Below are positions 55,468 to 64,000 of a stretch of 64,000 bases of DNA, piece after piece. Source of the stretch: Pontiella sp. (lineage in GTDB: Bacteria; Verrucomicrobiota; Kiritimatiellia; Kiritimatiellales; Pontiellaceae). Where the stretch lies: contig JBNKHE010000003.1 of NCBI GenBank assembly GCA_050290185.1, forward strand, positions 1 through 64,000, read 5' to 3'. The notes under the pieces are model-generated. The model had not been told where the DNA came from. It worked only from the letters and a program-made list of their open reading frames with translations, and ran no database searches. Numbering within the stretch: the stretch's first letter is position 1; each line of letters begins with the position of its first letter. The position numbers were made by a program, and so were the translations under genes.

Positions 55468-57435
55468 ATGAGTGACAACACCTACAAAATCCAAGAAGAA
55501 GAGCTGATCCGTTCGGATATCAGCGAATACCTCAATCGGCATGAAACGAAGGACCTGCTGCGGCTGTTGACCTGCGGTTCCGTGGACGATGGAAAGTCGA
55601 CCTTGATCGGTCGCCTGTTGTACGACACCCACATGATCTACGAAGATCAGCTGGAAAAAGTCGCCAAGGATTCCAAGGTCTATGGCACCACCGGCGAGGA
55701 TTTCGATCCGGCCCTTTTGACCGACGGTTTGAAGGCCGAACGCGAACAGGGCATCACCATTGATGTGGCCTACCGCTATTTCTCGACCGATAAGCGCAAG
55801 TTCATCATTGCCGACTGTCCCGGCCACGAGCAGTACACCCGCAATATGGCCACCGGCGCATCGACCTGCAATCTGGCGGTTATCCTGATCGACGCGCGCT
55901 ACGGCGTGATCACCCAGACCAAGCGGCACAGCTTCATCTGCTCACTGCTGGGGATCAAGCACGTGGTGGTGGCCGTCAACAAGATGGATCTGGTCGACTG
56001 GTCCGAAGAGGTCTACGACAAAATCAAGGAAGACTACAACGCGTTTGTCTCCCGACTGAACTTTTCCGACATCCACTTTATCCCGATGTCCGCCCTCAAG
56101 GGCGACAACGTGGTTACGCACAGCGAAAATCTGGCGTGGTACGATGGGCCGACCTTCCTCCACCATATGGAAAGCGTGAACATTTCCACTGATCGCAACC
56201 TGATCGATATGCGCCTGCCGGTGCAGTATGTCCTGCGCCCGAATCTAGATTTCCGCGGGTTCAGCGGAACGCTGGCCTCCGGTGTGATCCGCAAGGGCGA
56301 CGAGGTGGCCAGCCTGCCATCGCGCCAGCAGTCGAAAATCAAGGCGATTTATGGCCCCGACGGCGAAATCGAAGAGGCGTTCGCGCCGCAGGCGATCACC
56401 GTCACCCTCGAAGATGAAATCGATGTTTCGCGCGGCAACATGCTTGTGCCCGTAAATAACATTCCGCACATTGGCAACGAGTTTGAAGCCATGGTGGTCT
56501 GGATGCACGAAGACGCCGCGCAGTCGGGTAGAAGCTACCTCGTCAAGCACACCTCCTCGATGGTGCCGGGCGTGCTGACAGACGTTCGCTACCGCGTCGA
56601 TGTCAATACCATGAAGCGCGACAAGAATACGCTGGAAACGGAAAAGGTCGATGCCTTGCAGCTCAATGAAATCGGACGCTGCCACATTACGTTGCACCGG
56701 CCAATCGCCTTCGATCCCTACGAACGCAACCGCGCAACGGGAGCGTTCATTATCGTGGACCGGTTGAGCAATATTACGGTGGGCGCCGGCATGATCGTTG
56801 ACCGTATTGTTTCCAAGCCCGGACATAAAAAGGCTCCGGTGAGCCAGAATATTGTCAGGAGCGACAGTCTGGTCAGCGCCGAAGACCGGCAGAACCTTCT
56901 CGGACAGAAGGGGTCCACGATCTGGCTGACCGGGTTGAGTGGATCCGGCAAGTCAACCATTGCCCAGAAGCTGGAAAAAGAGCTGATCGCGCAGGGGCAT
57001 CTCTGCTACATCCTTGATGGCGATAATGTGCGCCACGGCTTGAACCGCGATCTCGGATTCTCCATGGAGGACCGCAAGGAAAACATCCGTCGAATCGCCG
57101 AAGTCGCGGCGCTGATGAATGACGCCGGTGTGATTGTGATCACGTCCTTTATTTCCCCCTATATCTCCGATCGTTCCGCGGCGCGTGAAGTCATTGGCGA
57201 TGATTCTTTCATCGAGGTGTTTGTCGATACGCCGATCGAGGTCTGCGAGCAGCGCGATCCGAAGGGGCTATACAAAAAAGCCCGTTCCGGCGAGATCCAG
57301 CAGTTTACCGGTGTGAGTGATCCGTACGAAGCGCCGCAGGATGCTGAAATCGTTCTCCAGACAGAAAATGTCGCACCGGAAGAGGCCGCCGGCATGATCA
57401 TCGACGACCTCAAGGACCGTGGCATTGTTTCTTAG
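55468..57435 (+). CDS. cysNC: Bifunctional sulfate adenylyltransferase subunit 1 / APS kinase
   Basis: TCGSVDDGKSTLIGRLL, EQGITIDVAYRYF; WLTGLSGSGKST, LDGDNVRHGL, RDPKGLYKKA. Confidence 0.98.
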   Translation: MSDNTYKIQEEELIRSDISEYLNRHETKDLLRLLTCGSVDDGKSTLIGRLLYDTHMIYEDQLEKVAKDSKVYGTTGEDFDPALLTDGLKAEREQGITIDVAYRYFSTDKRKFIIADCPGHEQYTRNMATGASTCNLAVILIDARYGVITQTKRHSFICSLLGIKHVVVAVNKMDLVDWSEEVYDKIKEDYNAFVSRLNFSDIHFIPMSALKGDNVVTHSENLAWYDGPTFLHHMESVNISTDRNLIDMRLPVQYVLRPNLDFRGFSGTLASGVIRKGDEVASLPSRQQSKIKAIYGPDGEIEEAFAPQAITVTLEDEIDVSRGNMLVPVNNIPHIGNEFEAMVVWMHEDAAQSGRSYLVKHTSSMVPGVLTDVRYRVDVNTMKRDKNTLETEKVDALQLNEIGRCHITLHRPIAFDPYERNRATGAFIIVDRLSNITVGAGMIVDRIVSKPGHKKAPVSQNIVRSDSLVSAEDRQNLLGQKGSTIWLTGLSGSGKSTIAQKLEKELIAQGHLCYILDGDNVRHGLNRDLGFSMEDRKENIRRIAEVAALMNDAGVIVITSFISPYISDRSAAREVIGDDSFIEVFVDTPIEVCEQRDPKGLYKKARSGEIQQFTGVSDPYEAPQDAEIVLQTENVAPEEAAGMIIDDLKDRGIVS

Positions 57436-57650
57436 TGCCTAGGACCTGGGGCTAGTGCGTAGTCCTTTGTCCGTAGTTATATATCCAGTGCATGGAACCG
57501 GTGCTGGAATGCATGAAGATAGCGTGCTTCAAGGATATGGGAGGTTGGGAAACGGGGTGCGGACCTACTCGGCAGTATAGCTTATACACGCCGGGCCGAA
57601 TTCGTTAGGCACTCCGGATCAGGCACCAGGAACGAAACGCTAGGCACAGC
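57433..57650. repeat. Inverted 7-nt periodic repeats around a ~125 bp spacer
   Basis: TAGTGCC TAGGACC .. TAGTGCG TAGTCCT TTGTCCG on the left; TAGGCAC, CAGGCAC, CAGGAAC, TAGGCAC on the right. Confidence 0.6.
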
Positions 57651-57652
57651 AG

Positions 57653-58849
57653 ATGAAAAAGATCATCGTAACAGGCGGGGCCGGTTTTATCGGGACGGCG
57701 ATATGCCTTCATTTGGTGCGTACCCTTGAATATCAGGTACTGAATGTTGACAAGCTGACCTATGCCGGCGTGCCGGAGTCTTTGAAGGAAATCGAAGACA
57801 ACCCGCTTTATCGCTTTGAAAAGGCAGATGTGTGCGACAAAGCGACGATCGGTGAGCTGTTTTCCGATTTTAAGCCGGATGCTGTGATGCACCTTGCTGC
57901 GGAGTCGCACGTTGACCGGTCGATCGACGGCCCCGCCGCTTTCATCGAAACCAATATCGTCGGCACCTACACCCTGCTGGAATGTGCGCGACAGTATTGG
58001 AACAGCCTGCCGGGAAAAGTAGCAGACTCCAAACTCCAAACCCCAAACCGCGAAGACTTCCGCTTCCTCCACATCTCGACGGATGAGGTTTATGGTTCGC
58101 TCGGCGCCGAAGGATTATTCAAGGAAACTACGGCTTACGCTCCGCGTTCCCCTTATTCGGCGAGCAAGGCTGCGAGTGATCATCTGGTGATGGCATGGTA
58201 CCACACCTACGGTTTACCTGTAATTATCACGAACTGCTCGAATAACTATGGTCCGCGCCAGTTTCCGGAAAAACTGATTCCTCTCGTCATTCTGAATGCG
58301 CTGGACGGGAAGCCGCTGCCTGTTTACGGCAAGGGCGATAACATCCGCGACTGGCTCTATGTCGAAGATCACGCCCGTGCTCTGGTTGAGGTGATGGAAA
58401 AGGGGCGGCCGGGTGAGACCTACAACATCGGCGGCCGCAATGAACGCACCAATCTCGAAATCGTTGAAACCATCTGCGATGTATTGGACGAGCTCCGGCC
58501 GTTAACGCCCGGGAATGATGAGTGTGCGTTGTCAAATGATGGGAGAATACCAAATCAACCATCAACCAACAACCATCAACCAAAGAAACAGATCAAATCC
58601 TATAAGGATTTGATCTGTTTCGTCGCCGACCGCCCGGGACACGACAAGCGTTACGCCATCGACGCCACGAAAATTGAAACGGAACTGGGCTGGAAGGCTC
58701 ATGAAACATTTGACGCAGGTATACGCCGGACCATCGAGTGGTACCTGGAAAACGAATCATGGTGGAAGCCCATACGGGAAGGCCGGTCTGCCGGCGAACG
58801 GCTGGGATATGGAAAATGCCGCGGCGCATCATGCGGTGATGGAGCTTGA
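57653..58849 (+). CDS. rfbB: dTDP-glucose 4,6-dehydratase
   Basis: [54 protein letters not shown]. Confidence 0.97.
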   Translation: MKKIIVTGGAGFIGTAICLHLVRTLEYQVLNVDKLTYAGVPESLKEIEDNPLYRFEKADVCDKATIGELFSDFKPDAVMHLAAESHVDRSIDGPAAFIETNIVGTYTLLECARQYWNSLPGKVADSKLQTPNREDFRFLHISTDEVYGSLGAEGLFKETTAYAPRSPYSASKAASDHLVMAWYHTYGLPVIITNCSNNYGPRQFPEKLIPLVILNALDGKPLPVYGKGDNIRDWLYVEDHARALVEVMEKGRPGETYNIGGRNERTNLEIVETICDVLDELRPLTPGNDECALSNDGRIPNQPSTNNHQPKKQIKSYKDLICFVADRPGHDKRYAIDATKIETELGWKAHETFDAGIRRTIEWYLENESWWKPIREGRSAGERLGYGKCRGASCGDGA

Positions 58850-58876
58850 ACTCTTAATCGGAATGAAGGAGCGACA

Positions 58877-59929
58877 ATGAAAAAAGCATTGATTACAGGC
58901 ATTACGGGACAGGACGGTTCCTATTTGACGGAATTGTTGTTGGAGAAGGGCTACGAAGTGCACGGCATTATCCGGCGTGCGAGTTCGTTCAACACGGATC
59001 GCATCGATCACCTCTACAAGGACCGGCACGAGAGCGGCGTCAAGATGTTCCTGCACTATGGAGACCTGACCGATTCGAGCAATCTGAATCGCCTGGTGGA
59101 AAAGATCCAGCCAGCGGAAATCTACAACCTGGCCGCGCAGTCGCATGTGCAGGTTTCTTTCGAGGTGCCGGAATACACCGCCGAAGCCGATGCCATCGGC
59201 GTGTTGCGTCTGCTCGATGCCATTCGGGAAACCGGCATTGACAGCCGCTTCTATCAGGCCTCCACCTCCGAACTGTACGGCAAGGTGATGGAAGTTCCGC
59301 AAACCGAAACCACGCCGTTCTATCCGCGCTCGCCCTATGCCGTCGCCAAGCAATACGGTTTCTGGATCGTCAAAAACTACCGCGAGTCCTACGGCCTTCA
59401 TGCCAGCAACGGCATTCTCTTCAACCACGAATCCCCGCGCCGCGGCGAAACCTTTGTAACCCGCAAGATTACCATGGCCGTCGCCCGTATTTCGCGCGGC
59501 CTGCAGCAATGTCTCTACATGGGTAACATCAACGCCCTGCGCGACTGGGGTTTCGCCCCGGACTATGTCGAAATGATGTGGATGATGCTTCAGCAGGACA
59601 CGCCCGACGACTATGTGGTCGCCACGAACGAAATGCATACCGTCCGCGAGTTCATCGAAAAATCCTTCGGACACGTCGGGATCGAAATCGCGTGGGAAGG
59701 AGAGGGCGTTGATGAGGTCGGAAAAAACAAGGCCACCGGCGATATTGTCGTTCGCATGGATGAACGCTACTACCGCCCCTGCGAAGTCGAACAGCTCCTC
59801 GGCAACCCCGCCAAAGCCAAGCGCCAACTCGGCTGGGAGCCCAAGGTCAAGTTCGAGCAGCTCGTCCAGATCATGACCGACGGCGATCTGCGCCTGCTGG
59901 ATGGCGAATCCTACGAGGTAGGATTCTAG
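58877..59929 (+). CDS. gmd: GDP-mannose 4,6-dehydratase
   Basis: [49 protein letters not shown]. Confidence 0.99.
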   Translation: MKKALITGITGQDGSYLTELLLEKGYEVHGIIRRASSFNTDRIDHLYKDRHESGVKMFLHYGDLTDSSNLNRLVEKIQPAEIYNLAAQSHVQVSFEVPEYTAEADAIGVLRLLDAIRETGIDSRFYQASTSELYGKVMEVPQTETTPFYPRSPYAVAKQYGFWIVKNYRESYGLHASNGILFNHESPRRGETFVTRKITMAVARISRGLQQCLYMGNINALRDWGFAPDYVEMMWMMLQQDTPDDYVVATNEMHTVREFIEKSFGHVGIEIAWEGEGVDEVGKNKATGDIVVRMDERYYRPCEVEQLLGNPAKAKRQLGWEPKVKFEQLVQIMTDGDLRLLDGESYEVGF

Positions 59930-59967
59930 TTGCTCGTTGTTTTGTTGATAGTTGATAGGGGGTTGCT
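59927..59967. repeat. Upstream 7-nt periodic repeats (NNGTTGN)
   Basis: TAGTTGC TCGTTGT ..TGTTGA TAGTTGA TAG.. GGGTTGC. Confidence 0.75.
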
Positions 59968-59969
59968 CC

Positions 59970-60350
59970 ATGAAAACCTTTGAAGAACTGGAGTGCTACA
60001 AGCAGGCAAGGCAACTCCGCAAGGATGTGTCTCGATTCTGCAAAACCCTTCCTCGCGCAGAGGAGTACCGCTTGAAGGACCAGATTGTCCGGTCATCCCG
60101 TTCAGTAAGCGCGAACATTGCAGAAGGTTATGGTCGCCATCACCATCAAGAAAACATTCAGTTCTGCAGAACAGCACGTGGTTCGCTGACTGAAACACTG
60201 GATCATCTGAATGCTGCGTTGGATGAGGATTATTTATCTCAGGATGAATACACGGAAATGAGGGGACTACTGGAGAATGTTTGGAAAGTTCTCAACGGCT
60301 ACATTGCCTATCTTAAACGTTGCGCTTCCGAAGGTGTGCCGAACGCATAA
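59970..60350 (+). CDS. Four-helix-bundle protein (23S rRNA IVP / bAvd-like family)
   Basis: MKTFEELECYKQA...LPRAEEYRLKDQIVRSSRSVSANIAEGYGR...ARGSLTET. Confidence 0.94.
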   Translation: MKTFEELECYKQARQLRKDVSRFCKTLPRAEEYRLKDQIVRSSRSVSANIAEGYGRHHHQENIQFCRTARGSLTETLDHLNAALDEDYLSQDEYTEMRGLLENVWKVLNGYIAYLKRCASEGVPNA

Positions 60351-60353
60351 TCC

Positions 60354-60430
60354 CAACAACCAGCAACTTTCACCCTGACAACAAGGAGCTTTCAAGTGGA
60401 TTCAGCAACCAGCAATCAACAACCAACAAC
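60354..60430. repeat. Downstream 7-nt periodic repeats (CARCAAY)
   Basis: CAACAAC CAGCAAC (60354-60367); CAGCAAC CAGCAAT CAACAAC CAACAAC (60403-60430). Confidence 0.8.
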
Positions 60431-61613
60431 TCCAGGCGCTCCGCGCCTGCCGCGCAATGCGCGGATCTACATCGCTGGTCACCGGGGCTTGGTCGGGTCC
60501 GGCATCTGGCGCGCGCTCGAGCGGCATGGCTACACCAACCTGATCGGCCGGTCGCGTGACGAACTGGATCTGACCAACCAGCAGGCGGTTGATGATTTTT
60601 TCGCGGCCGAAAAGCCGGAATATGTCGTCCTCGTTGCAGCCAAGGTGGGGGGTATTGTGGCCAACAGCACCTACCGCGCGCAGTTTCTCTATGAAAACCT
60701 GATGATCGAGGCCAATGTGATCCACGCGGCCTACAAACACGGCGTAAAGAAACTGCTGTTCCTCGGCTCCAGTTGCATCTATCCCAAGCTGGCGCCGCAG
60801 CCGCTGAAGGAGGAGCACCTGCTTACCGGGCCGTTGGAGCCGACCAACGAGCCGTACGCCATCGCCAAGATTGCCGGCATCCGGCTCTGCGATGCCTACA
60901 ACCGCCAGTACGGTACCAACTTCATCTCCGCCATGCCCACCAACATGTACGGCCCCGGCGACAACTACCACCCCCGAAACTCCCACGTCCTGCCCGCCTT
61001 CATCCGCCGGATGCATCTGGCCAAGGCACTTGAACAAGCAGACTTCGCCGAGCTCGCCCGCATCTACAAGCGCGAGTTGTTGAATGGCAGTTGTCCGTTG
61101 TCGGGGGAGGAAGGATCGTCAATCCAGCAACCCGGCAATCAACAACTTATCGATTGGCTAATCCAATCGGGCGTGACCCAAACAATCATCAACCAGCACT
61201 TGTCCGCCGGAGCCTTGGCGAAGGAGGAACCATCAACGAATCTCACCTGCTGGGGCAGCGGTTCACCGCTTCGGGAATTCCTCTACAGCGACGACCTCGC
61301 CGAAGCCTGCGTCTTTTTGCTCGAAAGCGTGGACTATTCCGATATGGCCTTCGAGGATGAATCCGGCACGGTACAGGCGCACGTCAATGTGGGTTCCGGC
61401 AGGGAAATCACCATCAAGGAATTGGCTGAAACCGTTCAGGAGGTCGTTGGTTACGAGGGCGAAATCGAATGGGACGCCTCCAAGCCTGATGGCACGCCCC
61501 GCAAGCTGATGGACTCCTCCCGCCTGATGGCGATGGGCTGGAAGCCGCAGGTCGATATGCGCGAAGGGATTGCCCGTGCCTACCAGGATTTCCTCGCCCG
61601 CTACACGACATAA
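60396..61613 (+). CDS. fcl: GDP-L-fucose synthase
   Basis: [56 protein letters not shown] start after AAGGAG. Confidence 0.97.
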   Translation: MDSATSNQQPTTPGAPRLPRNARIYIAGHRGLVGSGIWRALERHGYTNLIGRSRDELDLTNQQAVDDFFAAEKPEYVVLVAAKVGGIVANSTYRAQFLYENLMIEANVIHAAYKHGVKKLLFLGSSCIYPKLAPQPLKEEHLLTGPLEPTNEPYAIAKIAGIRLCDAYNRQYGTNFISAMPTNMYGPGDNYHPRNSHVLPAFIRRMHLAKALEQADFAELARIYKRELLNGSCPLSGEEGSSIQQPGNQQLIDWLIQSGVTQTIINQHLSAGALAKEEPSTNLTCWGSGSPLREFLYSDDLAEACVFLLESVDYSDMAFEDESGTVQAHVNVGSGREITIKELAETVQEVVGYEGEIEWDASKPDGTPRKLMDSSRLMAMGWKPQVDMREGIARAYQDFLARYTT

Positions 61614-61639
61614 CGCCTCCATTATTGGAAATATGCAAA

Positions 61640-61678
61640 GGCTTCCCGATTAATCTCGGGAAGCTTTTTTTTTTTTTT
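61640..61678 (+). terminator. Rho-independent terminator
   Basis: GCTTCCCGA-TTAATC-TCGGGAAGC followed by 14 T. Confidence 0.92.
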
Positions 61679-62087
61679 GATCATGGCGCATCTCAGGTGC
61701 GCCTTTAACGTAGACGCAAAACGACGCGCATTCCAGCCGGGGCCCTCGTCGCTTTATTCAGACGGAAAGGATTCTTTTACCATCGCTCCGCTTTGAGGGA
61801 CCGGCTTCGCAGCAGGAAGGAGATAGAGCGTTTTTGTTAAAGAATAAACGGTGCTGTTCATGAACAGCCGCCCTTGCTCTAAGGAAACTTTGCGACTGGT
61901 TGTGAAAATGATCGCCTCCTGCCTTATCGCTTTGTTGTCCTCGGGAGGTTAATGTATGTGAAAAAAGTAATCATATAATCAAAGCATGGTAAAAAATACT
62001 AAAATAAGAGTAAGTATGTAATAAAAAACACAAGAAGGCTCTGCTAACCTCTTTAATGTTTCACCAATAAAATATCAAGGGAGGTAG

Positions 62088-62978
62088 ATGATGAAAAAGG
62101 TGCGACATGTAGTGGGTTGTATGTTTGCCGCGGCAGGTCTGGCGGGCAATGTGGAGGGAGTGGTTGTGGCCGGTTGGGATGTGGCAGGTGTTGATGTAGC
62201 GGCGGGGATAGGCATTGAGACCAATGGGGCCCCGTACACCTTCAGCGCTACGACATCCGGCGTTTCCCATGTAGACGCCGCGCTCGCTCTGGGCCCCGGA
62301 GTGACTCCAAGCACGACTGTCGGGCAATACGGATTCAAGATTCCCGGAGCCGGGGAGACCAACTCCTTGGACGGAGCCCTGGCAGCAGAACACTATCTCG
62401 AATTTTCCATCACCGTTGACCGGGGTTATCAACTCAACCTGGAGTCGGTCGAGATGGTGGGGCAGGGAACCGCTGGCGGTTGCTCGAACATCGTCCTCAT
62501 GACCAGTCTCGATGGATTTTCAGCCGGCGAGGAAATTGCATCTGCATACCCGGCCAACGATACGGGCGGATTCGATACCGACGAAAGCGGTTTTGGAGGA
62601 CCCATTGACCTTTCGGCGTCAACGTATCAAAATCTGAGCGGCAGCATAACGTTCCGTATCTACGGCTGGAACAGCACCTCCGGCAGCAGTCCGACTTATA
62701 TTCGCAATCTGACCGGTGATGACCTGATGGTATATGGAAACGTTGTCGCCGTATCGGGAACAGGCATACCCGTGCTTTCGGTGGAACATACGAATGGGAT
62801 GGCTTCGCTTATGGTCGAATTCGATGGAGCATCAACCACCAACTATGTGTTGCAGCGTATTGGGAGTCTGGCCGATTCCAATGGCTGGGCCGCTATATCG
62901 TCGCCGTTTTCATCCAGTACAAACTGGACCGTTGAAATCACCAATGCCGCCGCGTTTTACCGCGTGGTGCCGGAGTAG
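62088..62978 (+). CDS. Exported protein, paralog of the next gene, with FYRV-type C-terminal domain
   Basis: GGAGG RBS, signal peptide; core shared with 62988-63722; ends NYVLQRIGSLADSNGW...AAFYRVVPE. Confidence 0.85.
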   Translation: MMKKVRHVVGCMFAAAGLAGNVEGVVVAGWDVAGVDVAAGIGIETNGAPYTFSATTSGVSHVDAALALGPGVTPSTTVGQYGFKIPGAGETNSLDGALAAEHYLEFSITVDRGYQLNLESVEMVGQGTAGGCSNIVLMTSLDGFSAGEEIASAYPANDTGGFDTDESGFGGPIDLSASTYQNLSGSITFRIYGWNSTSGSSPTYIRNLTGDDLMVYGNVVAVSGTGIPVLSVEHTNGMASLMVEFDGASTTNYVLQRIGSLADSNGWAAISSPFSSSTNWTVEITNAAAFYRVVPE

Positions 62979-62987
62979 GGGGTAGGA

Positions 62988-63722
62988 ATGCTTGGTAAAC
63001 GGATTTTTCTCGCTGTTATTCTGTTGGTGGCATTGCTTTCGTCACCGGTGCTGTATGCGGACCTCCTCGCGGGTTGGGACGTGAATGGAGTCGATGTGTC
63101 CGGCGGTTCCGGAATTGATGACGCGGCCTTTCCCTATACGAAAAATGCAACGGAGCTAGGCGTAAATATCTCGGGCGGTGCGCTGGCGCTGGGCTTCGAT
63201 GGGCCCTCATCCACGGCCAATACGTATGGATTCAGGTTTTTGGCAGGCACGCACCAGACCTCGCTCGGCGATGCCATTGTTTCCAGCCACTACATCGAAT
63301 TCACCGTTGCGGCTTCGGCCGGATACCAGTTCGATTTGGCCTCCATCGAAATGAACGGGGAATCGGGTGACAGCGGGCCGGACAACATTGCACTCATGTC
63401 CGACGTGGATGGATTTCTGGCGGGGAATGAGATTGCGTCTTTAACCGGTTTGCAGGGCGTCACGGGTGGATGGGATACCGATGCAAGCGGGTGGGGCGCT
63501 CCCATCGATTTGAGTGGATCGCAATACCAGGGTCTCGCGGCGGTCACCTTCCGGATCTATGGCTGGAACAGCAGCGGGGCGACATCCTCCGGCATCCGCA
63601 ATCTCTCGGGAAATGATTTGGTCGTCAACGGAACGGTGAAAGCCATCCCCGAACCCGCCGTCATCGCGCTTATCAGCATGTTCGGTGTCGGTGTTTTGAT
63701 TACTCGGAGGGTAAAGAAATAG
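62988..63722 (+). CDS. PEP-CTERM sorting domain protein
   Basis: Signal peptide; ends IPEPAVIALISMFGVGVLITRRVKK. Confidence 0.92.
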   Translation: MLGKRIFLAVILLVALLSSPVLYADLLAGWDVNGVDVSGGSGIDDAAFPYTKNATELGVNISGGALALGFDGPSSTANTYGFRFLAGTHQTSLGDAIVSSHYIEFTVAASAGYQFDLASIEMNGESGDSGPDNIALMSDVDGFLAGNEIASLTGLQGVTGGWDTDASGWGAPIDLSGSQYQGLAAVTFRIYGWNSSGATSSGIRNLSGNDLVVNGTVKAIPEPAVIALISMFGVGVLITRRVKK

Positions 63723-63725
63723 ACA

Positions 63726-63951
63726 TCTCGCAGAGCCACCCGAGCCAGCCTCACTTCGTGTCTCTGTTTTCTCTCGTTCGAGTCTGAGCCTGATGGCTCT
63801 TCCCTCAGAGTCGAAGACTGTGTGAGATAAAAATACGGAAGAAAGGTTCACGCAGAGCCAGCAGAGTCAGCCGAGAAGAAGACCTCTGTTATCTCTGTTG
63901 ACTCTGTGTGAGATAAAAAACGGAAGAAGAGTTCACGCAGAGCCAGCAGAG
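63726..63951. repeat. Tandem hairpin units made of 9-nt repeats
   Basis: ~48-bp direct repeat at 63818-63866 and 63904-63951; hairpin TCACGCAGAG CCAGCAGAG TCAGCCGAG ... CTCTGTTAT CTCTGTTGA CTCTGTGTGA. Confidence 0.8.
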
Positions 63952-64000
63952 AAGGGAAGTAACTAAAATGATATGTCGAGAAATTGAAATTGAAGATGAA

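Noticed and set aside
54950..60350. Diversity-generating retroelement based on the Avd-like proteins
   Set aside because: No reverse transcriptase and no TR/VR pair differing at adenines in the window
61665..61678. Poly-T(14) as a phase-variation tract
   Set aside because: It is the tail of a terminator hairpin, outside any ORF or evident promoter

Overview
Bacterial chromosomal window, probably Kiritimatiellota/Verrucomicrobiota (Pontiella-like). This taxonomy is inferred from the PEP-CTERM proteins, the modular secreted CAZymes and the absence of SusC/D. It has four parts. (1) 1-5.9 kb: the leader end of an AT-rich integron-type cassette array on the minus strand, with 10 attC-like sites of 87-91 bp, 10 complete cassettes and 1 partial one. 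It ends in an attI-like core site that has no integrase beside it; an HU gene occupies that position. (2) 6.7-42.6 kb: a pectin/rhamnogalacturonan/arabinan degradation cluster (GH2, PL4, PL1, GH43, PL10, SGNH esterases, PL26, PL9, GH51, AraC, Kelch-SSS transporter, TonB-anchor-like proteins, two GH gene remnants). (3) 42.9-48.1 kb: waaA, an M50 protease and sahR-ahcY. (4) 48.1-64 kb: a GbsR/MarR regulator and a NusG paralog preceding an operon for activated sulfate and nucleotide sugars (glmS, SLC13 permease, cysQ, cysD, cysNC, rfbB, gmd, fcl), then two tandem paralogous exported proteins. The best candidates for an undescribed system are: (a) four-helix-bundle genes bracketed by mutually inverted 7- or 9-nt periodic repeats, with an empty copy and in-frame remnants in neighbouring enzymes; (b) a ~65-70 aa C-terminal domain ending in [FY][FY][RK][LVM] on six secreted proteins, which replaces PEP-CTERM in one paralog pair; (c) the integrase-less cassette array. 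All family assignments are by eye from motifs; no database search was run.
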